Shown here: piece after piece, positions 1 through 3,805 of the stretch
Layout of the letters: every line of letters starts with the position of its first letter
Position numbering within the stretch: the stretch's first letter is position 1
Source of the DNA: a virus
Lineage: Duplodnaviria > Heunggongvirae > Uroviricota > Caudoviricetes
DNA length: 7,674 nucleotides
IMG/VR virus record: IMGVR_UViG_2703719355_000017
Direction: 5' to 3' (one strand)
Made by a program: the position numbers and the translations under genes
Notes under the pieces: generated by a model
What the model saw: the letters and a program-made list of their open reading frames with translations, nothing else
The model's database searches: none
Told to the model about the DNA's origin: nothing

Positions 1-426
1 TCAATGCACAGCCACAATATTTCCTGCAGGGCCACCACGATTCATCTGGTTGAAACCAGCGATCGCCACTGCGACAAAATCATCAGCGTCTCTCACCAGT
101 CGTTCCCGCGTCTCCACTAGTTCCCGAAAATAGGCTGAGCTATGGCTGCGCATTCGGGCCACCAGCAGAGGTGGCATTGCTTTTTCGATAGCTGGTAACA
201 ACGCCTGAATTTTTTTAACCGCATCAGGGGTGTCTTTCTCCACCCAGCGGAAAATTTTCTGAGTATTGCGTGCCAGGGCTTCCGGATGGCTGTCGTCATA
301 CAGTTCAGGAAACGTCATACCCAACTCAAAATAAGCCTGGGTTATTCCAGCTGCTGGAACTTTTTCGCCATCAGGACGCGCCCAGGCATTCATCGCCATG
401 CGGATGTGTTCATGCTTGATTTTCAT
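1..426 (-). CDS. ydaT: YdaT-family prophage protein, 141 aa (proposed CII-like regulator)
   Basis: Complete ORF with ATG at 426..424 and TGA at 3..1. Its start overlaps the stop of the upstream HTH gene (ATGA), suggesting translational coupling. Size and position after a YdaS-like gene match the Rac-type ydaS-ydaT pair; N-terminus MKIKHEHI. Family assignment is from memory, not a search. Confidence 0.65.
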   Translation of the reverse strand: MKIKHEHIRMAMNAWARPDGEKVPAAGITQAYFELGMTFPELYDDSHPEALARNTQKIFRWVEKDTPDAVKKIQALLPAIEKAMPPLLVARMRSHSSAYFRELVETRERLVRDADDFVAVAIAGFNQMNRGGPAGNIVAVH

Positions 427-725
427 GAATCAACTCCATCAGATAAGCATGCACTACAATCACCTTCAGCATGAACTACATGTGTTTGCCCCAAACGAAT
501 GCCGCTCGCATACTCAGGCCAAATAAGCTCCCAATCATGGGGTCGTAGCTCCGCCCTACTTACTTGGCCTTCCGTCGCAGATTCGATCATAAGGGCGCGG
601 GTTGGAGATATAGCTGCTCGTCCAGACGCCATTTGCGATAAGTAAGATGGCGATACACCAAGTCTGGCCGCGAATTTCTTAGCATCACCAACCCTCAATG
701 ATTTAATAAACTCTTTTAATGTCAT
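423..725 (-). CDS. ydaS: Cro-like YdaS-family HTH DNA-binding protein, 100 aa
   Basis: ATG at 725..723 with SD GAGG (734..731) 5 nt upstream on the minus strand. HTH-like segment AKKFAARLGVSPSYLSQMASGRAAISPTRALMIESATEG. Divergent from the repressor-like gene. Confidence 0.75.
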   Translation of the reverse strand: MTLKEFIKSLRVGDAKKFAARLGVSPSYLSQMASGRAAISPTRALMIESATEGQVSRAELRPHDWELIWPEYASGIRLGQTHVVHAEGDCSACLSDGVDS

Positions 726-729
726 ACCT

Positions 730-822
730 TCCTCGGTTTAGTGTTTTTTTGCGAGTTTAGTGTTTAATAAACCGTTAAGTCAAGTATTTGCTTGTTTAGT
801 GATTACTAAAGATAATTACCAC
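730..822. promoter_or_regulatory. Divergent back-to-back promoter/operator region (PR/PRM-like)
   Basis: Minus strand: -35 TTGACT (783..778), 18-nt spacer, -10 TAAACT (759..754). Plus strand: -35 TTGCTT (788-793), 17-nt spacer, -10 GATAAT (811-816), placing the start site at or next to the ATG at 823 (leaderless). GTTTAGTG occurs three times (736-743, 755-762, 794-801), plus near-palindrome GTTTAATAAAC (762-772). Confidence 0.5.
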
Positions 823-1194
823 ATGCAAAAAAAAGAAATTCGCCGTTTACGTCTCAAGGAGTGGTTTAAAGATAAAACTCTGCCACCCAAAGAGAAGAGC
901 TACCTATCTCAACTAATGAGTGGGAGGGCCTCGTTTGGAGAAAAGGCTGCCAGAAGAATAGAGCAAACATACGGGATGCCGGAAGGGTATCTGGATGCGG
1001 AATACGCAGAACAACCGGAAGTTTCTCCACCACATGCAGGGTTAACGTCTAATCAACTGGAATTATTGCAGATTTTTTCAGCCTTCCCTGAGGATGAGCA
1101 ACGCCAGATAATCAGCGAGTTAAAGCAGAAAAAAGAATCAATGGAAGATCTCATAGCGAGATGGATTGCGGCGCAAAAATGCCGCCGCGCCTGA
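823..1194 (+). CDS. paaR2: CI-like HTH repressor, 123 aa; regulator of the three-component TA module (PaaR2-like)
   Basis: ORF 760..1194, but the ATG at 760 lies inside the operator/promoter. ATG at 823 sits just downstream of the GATAAT -10 and has no SD, consistent with a leaderless mRNA. HTH-like segment EKSYLSQLMSGRASFGEKAARRIEQTYGMPEGYLD. Followed 20 nt later by the antitoxin gene. Confidence 0.7.
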   Translation: MQKKEIRRLRLKEWFKDKTLPPKEKSYLSQLMSGRASFGEKAARRIEQTYGMPEGYLDAEYAEQPEVSPPHAGLTSNQLELLQIFSAFPEDEQRQIISELKQKKESMEDLIARWIAAQKCRRA

Positions 1195-1214
1195 GTTATA
1201 AAACCGGAGGAAAC

Positions 1215-1406
1215 ATGAATAGAGCCCTTTCACCAATGGTTTCTGAATTTGAAACCATTGAACAAGAAAACAGTTACAACGAATGGCTGCGTGCGAAAGT
1301 AGCAACGAGCCTTGCAGATCCGCGCCCAGCAATTCCCCATGACGAAGTTGAGCGCAGAATGGCAGAACGCTTTGCTAAAATGCGCAAGGAACGGAGCAAG
1401 CAGTAA
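1215..1406 (+). CDS. paaA2: Small antitoxin, 63 aa (PaaA2-like)
   Basis: ATG at 1215 with SD GGAGG (1206-1210). Charged, probably disordered 63-aa product MNRALSPMVSEFETIEQENSYNEWLRAKVATSLADPRPAIPHDEVERRMAERFAKMRKERSKQ. Stop TAA 1404-1406 lies 1 nt before the toxin ATG. Confidence 0.8.
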   Translation: MNRALSPMVSEFETIEQENSYNEWLRAKVATSLADPRPAIPHDEVERRMAERFAKMRKERSKQ

Positions 1407-1407
1407 A

Positions 1408-1686
1408 ATGTTACCCGTGTTATGGCTTGAAAACGCAGATACCGACCTAGATGATATAGCTAGCTATATTGCTCGTTTCGACATAGATGCGGCTGAACGC
1501 TTATGGCAGCGATTAAGGGGTTGTGTGCTGCCGTTATCCGAACATCCGTATTTATACCCACCAAGCGACAGAGTACCTGGCTTGCGTGAGATTGTAGCCC
1601 ACCCTAACTATATAATTCTATACCGCGTAACAACATCAAGCGTTGAAGTAGTAAACGTGATCCACGCAAGACGCCAGTTTCCCTAA
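1408..1686 (+). CDS. parE2: ParE/RelE-superfamily toxin, 92 aa (ParE2-like)
   Basis: ATG at 1408 immediately after the antitoxin stop. C-terminal signature of the ParE/RelE fold (YIILYRV...VEVVNVIHARRQ). The ORF track start at 1312 is inside the antitoxin gene and is rejected. Confidence 0.85.
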   Translation: MLPVLWLENADTDLDDIASYIARFDIDAAERLWQRLRGCVLPLSEHPYLYPPSDRVPGLREIVAHPNYIILYRVTTSSVEVVNVIHARRQFP

Positions 1687-1756
1687 CTTTCACTACCAAT
1701 AGAAACATAACAACCGCAACGACTTTATCAAAAGCGTTGTGTTTGTTACGCTCCGT

Positions 1757-1805
1757 GGTTTAGTTTTTACTTGACTTAAGTTTAATGTTTATTAAACTAA
1801 AAATA
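1757..1805 (+). promoter_or_regulatory. Second operator/promoter copy (OL/PL-like) downstream of the toxin gene
   Basis: GGTTTAGTTTTT (1757-1768) parallels GGTTTAGTGTTTTT at 735-748. -35 TTGACT (1771-1776), 16-nt spacer, -10 TAAACT (1793-1798). GTTTAATGTTTATTAAAC (1780-1797) matches GTTTAGTGTTTAATAAAC (755-772) at 16 of 18 positions. Confidence 0.45.
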
Positions 1806-1979
1806 CCAACCCACCCCGCCCCACAGAACGCCGGGCAATACTTCGAGTTACCAGGCAGTGGTCAGGGGGGTAAGTAGCCAGCCCGAGGCGTAAGAACATG
1901 ACGGCAGGGTTCAACTTTAATAACTATGCAGCAGGTTTTTGTTCCGCTACCCCGGCGTTAAGGGGAAACAGAGGATTTC

Positions 1980-2318
1980 TCAGTGGGCGAAGTCAAACAT
2001 CAGAATGGAAGGCATCCCAGGATCGGCAAAGAAGCAGCAATGGCGCTTTATATTGACATCAGCGCCATTACCGGACAGGTAAGAGTTATCAGAGCGGTAA
2101 CTAAGCGGTATGCGCCTTTGCTTCAGAAAGGCTCTGGTGAGTGCACCGAAGATACTGTCAACGATTTCGTCATCGAACTGCGAGGACTCATCTTCAGTTA
2201 CAAGGTGACCACAATTTTTGCAGATGGCTCCCGCGAAACTGTCAGAGCCCTGCGGCTTAAAGGATGTGTCAAAGACTTCGCCACCACATTCTGGGCAAGA
2301 AAACTTAATTGTATTCAT
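1980..2318 (-). CDS. Small zinc-ribbon protein, 112 aa from the ATG (function unknown)
   Basis: ATG at 2318..2316; the track's first codon is TTG at 2324. GAGG on the minus strand about 9 nt upstream. N-terminus carries CPECGG-x21-CKNCG (C-x2-C...C-x2-C) followed by an acidic stretch. Preferred over the co-extensive plus-strand ORF, which has more rare Arg codons (AGA/AGG/CGA). The C-terminal half is less protein-like, so true length is uncertain. Confidence 0.5.
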   Translation of the reverse strand: MNTIKFSCPECGGEVFDTSFKPQGSDSFAGAICKNCGHLVTEDESSQFDDEIVDSIFGALTRAFLKQRRIPLSYRSDNSYLSGNGADVNIKRHCCFFADPGMPSILMFDFAH

Positions 2319-2410
2319 AACCAATTTCCTCTCGAGTAACAGCCCCCTCAGAGGATACCACCTCGCCTGACGTGGTTAAAAGCAGGCAACGCTAACCACA
2401 AGGAGCTGAC

Positions 2411-2629
2411 ATGCAGAAACCAGAACCCACTATCATCGCACCAGGCTATACCGATGATGAACTTTATGAGTGGATGCGCCAGAAAATTAATGCAGCGCAG
2501 GATCTGAAATGGGCCAATGAAGCCAGGGCTAAGCAGGCTGAAAATCTGTCCGCTCTGGAGCAGGATATCACCAGACTGGAAAAAGCAGCGGCATTAAGCA
2601 TTGCCAGAATGATTACATACCCACGTTAA
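2411..2629 (+). CDS. Hypothetical protein, 72 aa, predicted helical/coiled-coil
   Basis: Strong SD AGGAG (2401-2405) 5 nt before ATG 2411. Product MQKPEPTIIAPGYTDDELYEWMRQKINAAQDLKWANEARAKQAENLSALEQDITRLEKAAALSIARMITYPR. No family recognised by eye. Confidence 0.7.
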   Translation: MQKPEPTIIAPGYTDDELYEWMRQKINAAQDLKWANEARAKQAENLSALEQDITRLEKAAALSIARMITYPR

Positions 2630-2651
2630 TAGCTAACCAACGAGGCTAATA

Positions 2652-3026
2652 ATGGAATTTAAAGATTTACCAATGCAATTCCAGGAAATGGCAGCGAATA
2701 TAGTTCGTTCCCAACTGGCGACTCTTGACCTGAGTACCGTAGAAAAAGAAACCATCGATACTATATCCAGTAACGTGCGTCGTGCCTTTATCGGTCTGTA
2801 CGAAGAGAAGCAGCTCTCTGATAACCAGGATTTACATGAAAAATACTTCCTGGATCTAATGGACATCATTAATAAGGGATTTGGCTTGTTAATGAAACAG
2901 AAAGGGATTCGAATGAACCCCCTTGAAAATTACTTCGCAACAAGAAGCATTAATTCCTGTGATTTAAAGCATCCCGCCACAGACGGGAGTGTTACAGCTA
3001 GCCATGAGATTTCGATTAATCATTAA
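2652..3026 (+). CDS. Hypothetical protein, 124 aa
   Basis: SD GAGG (2642-2645) 6 nt before ATG 2652. Starts 22 nt after the previous gene, suggesting an operon. Lower GC than flanking genes by eye. No family recognised. Confidence 0.7.
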   Translation: MEFKDLPMQFQEMAANIVRSQLATLDLSTVEKETIDTISSNVRRAFIGLYEEKQLSDNQDLHEKYFLDLMDIINKGFGLLMKQKGIRMNPLENYFATRSINSCDLKHPATDGSVTASHEISINH

Positions 3027-3114
3027 AATCAATAGCTATTTCAATAAGTGATGCCATCTCGTTGCGTTTTGTTGAATTCATCTTACGTAATACTTCATGT
3101 TGATTAGCACCTTT

Positions 3115-3155
3115 GGCGGCATCAGTTTAATTGCTGGCTGATGTCCGCCCTTTTT
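3115..3155 (+). terminator. Putative rho-independent terminator
   Basis: GC-rich stem GGCGGCATCAG (3115-3125) pairs with CTGATGTCCGCC (3138-3149) with one bulge; 12-nt loop; followed by TTTTT (3151-3155). Lies about 90 nt after the 124-aa gene. Confidence 0.5.
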
Positions 3156-3159
3156 AAAG

Positions 3160-3178
3160 TGAATTTTGTGATGCGGTG
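3160..3178. repeat. Left arm of a 19-bp perfect inverted repeat
   Basis: TGAATTTTGTGATGCGGTG (3160-3178) is the exact reverse complement of 3303-3321. Arms are separated by 124 bp. Confidence 0.9.
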
Positions 3179-3302
3179 AATGCGGCTCAGCGCACGCGGA
3201 ACAGTTAAAAAGGCCAGTTGACTTCCGTATTGGTTCTTATGGGTGGGTTCTCTGTATCCGGCGTTAATTGTTAACTGGTTAACGTCACCTGGAGGCACCA
3301 GG

Positions 3303-3321
3303 CACCGCATCACAAAATTCA
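3303..3321. repeat. Right arm of a 19-bp perfect inverted repeat
   Basis: CACCGCATCACAAAATTCA (3303-3321), reverse complement of 3160-3178. Confidence 0.9.
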
Positions 3322-3338
3322 TTGTTGAGGACGCGATA

Positions 3339-3527
3339 ATGGAAACGTTATTACCAAACGTTAATACGTCTGAAGGTTGCTTTGAAATTGGTGTCAAAAT
3401 CAGTAACCCTGTATTTACTGAAGATGCCATTAATAAGAGAAAACACGAACGGGAGCTATTAAATCAAATATGCATTGTTTCAATGCTGGCCCGTTTACGT
3501 CTGATGCAAAAAGGATACTGGCAATGA
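3339..3527 (+). CDS. Hypothetical small protein, 62 aa
   Basis: ATG 3339 with GAGGA (3327-3331) 7 nt upstream. The longer track ORF from 3243 would start inside the inverted-repeat region and is rejected. Stop TGA 3525-3527 overlaps the next start. Confidence 0.55.
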   Translation: METLLPNVNTSEGCFEIGVKISNPVFTEDAINKRKHERELLNQICIVSMLARLRLMQKGYWQ

Positions 3528-3715
3528 ATACATCATTTGCACTCGTTCTGACGGTTTTTCTTAATACGGGCGAGCCGCTTGACCTTATTGTTGACATACG
3601 TGACTCAATGGAAGAATGCATGGCTGCCGCAGCGGAACAGAAAATTCCCGGTAACTGTTATCCGGTTGATAAAGTTATTCGCATGGATAATAACGAAGTC
3701 CCGGCAGGGCTTTAA
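3524..3715 (+). CDS. Hypothetical small protein, 63 aa, with a short N-terminal hydrophobic segment
   Basis: ATG 3524 overlaps the preceding stop (ATGA), suggesting translational coupling. Product MNTSFALVLTVFLNTGEPLDL... The track ORF start at 3470 is upstream of the coupled ATG. Confidence 0.55.
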   Translation: MNTSFALVLTVFLNTGEPLDLIVDIRDSMEECMAAAAEQKIPGNCYPVDKVIRMDNNEVPAGL

Positions 3716-3805
3716 ACCAGTACCGTAATAAATATCCGGTTTCATTTTTATATGCCTGCAATGGCAGGGATTTGTTCACCCTAAAAATAGTTACGAGGTT
3801 TATCA

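Noticed and set aside
117-474. ORFs 117-299 (minus) and 286-474 (plus)
   Set aside because: Both overlap the ydaT-like and ydaS-like coding frames and have no RBS. Off-frame artifacts.
760-822. Upstream ATG at 760 as the start of the repressor gene
   Set aside because: It lies inside the operator/promoter motifs and upstream of the predicted -10. The ATG at 823 gives a 123-aa product and fits a leaderless transcript.
1138-1406. Minus ORF 1138-1332 and the extended plus ORF start at 1161
   Set aside because: The antisense ORF overlaps the antitoxin gene. The 1161 start lies inside the repressor gene's 3' end, whereas the ATG at 1215 has a GGAGG SD and gives a 63-aa product.
1312-1407. Track ORF start at 1312 for the toxin gene
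   Set aside because: This is in-frame read-through from inside the antitoxin gene. The ATG at 1408 immediately after the antitoxin stop is the sensible start.
1704-1747. Possible terminator hairpin after parE2 (CAACG...CGTTG with flanking imperfect pairing)
   Set aside because: The stem is short and imperfect and there is no clear T-run. Too weak to call.
1983-2339. Plus-strand ORF of 118 aa (GTG start, GAGGA SD) co-extensive with the minus-strand zinc-ribbon ORF
   Set aside because: Probably a shadow ORF of the minus-strand gene. It is richer in rare Arg codons (AGA/AGG/CGA) and has no recognisable motif, whereas the minus frame has a zinc-ribbon Cys pattern. Not fully excluded; see the finding on strand ambiguity.
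2633-2869. Minus-strand ORF of 78 aa
   Set aside because: Antisense to the RBS-supported 124-aa plus-strand gene.
3160-3321. Identification of the inverted-repeat element as ERIC/IRU or REP/BIME
   Set aside because: The arm sequences do not match the ERIC or REP consensus as I remember them. No database search was possible.
3122-3621. Minus-strand ORFs 3122-3430 (102 aa) and 3430-3621 (63 aa), and the plus ORF start at 3243
   Set aside because: They span the inverted-repeat and terminator region or lie antisense to the coupled plus-strand small genes, with no RBS support. Likely spurious.
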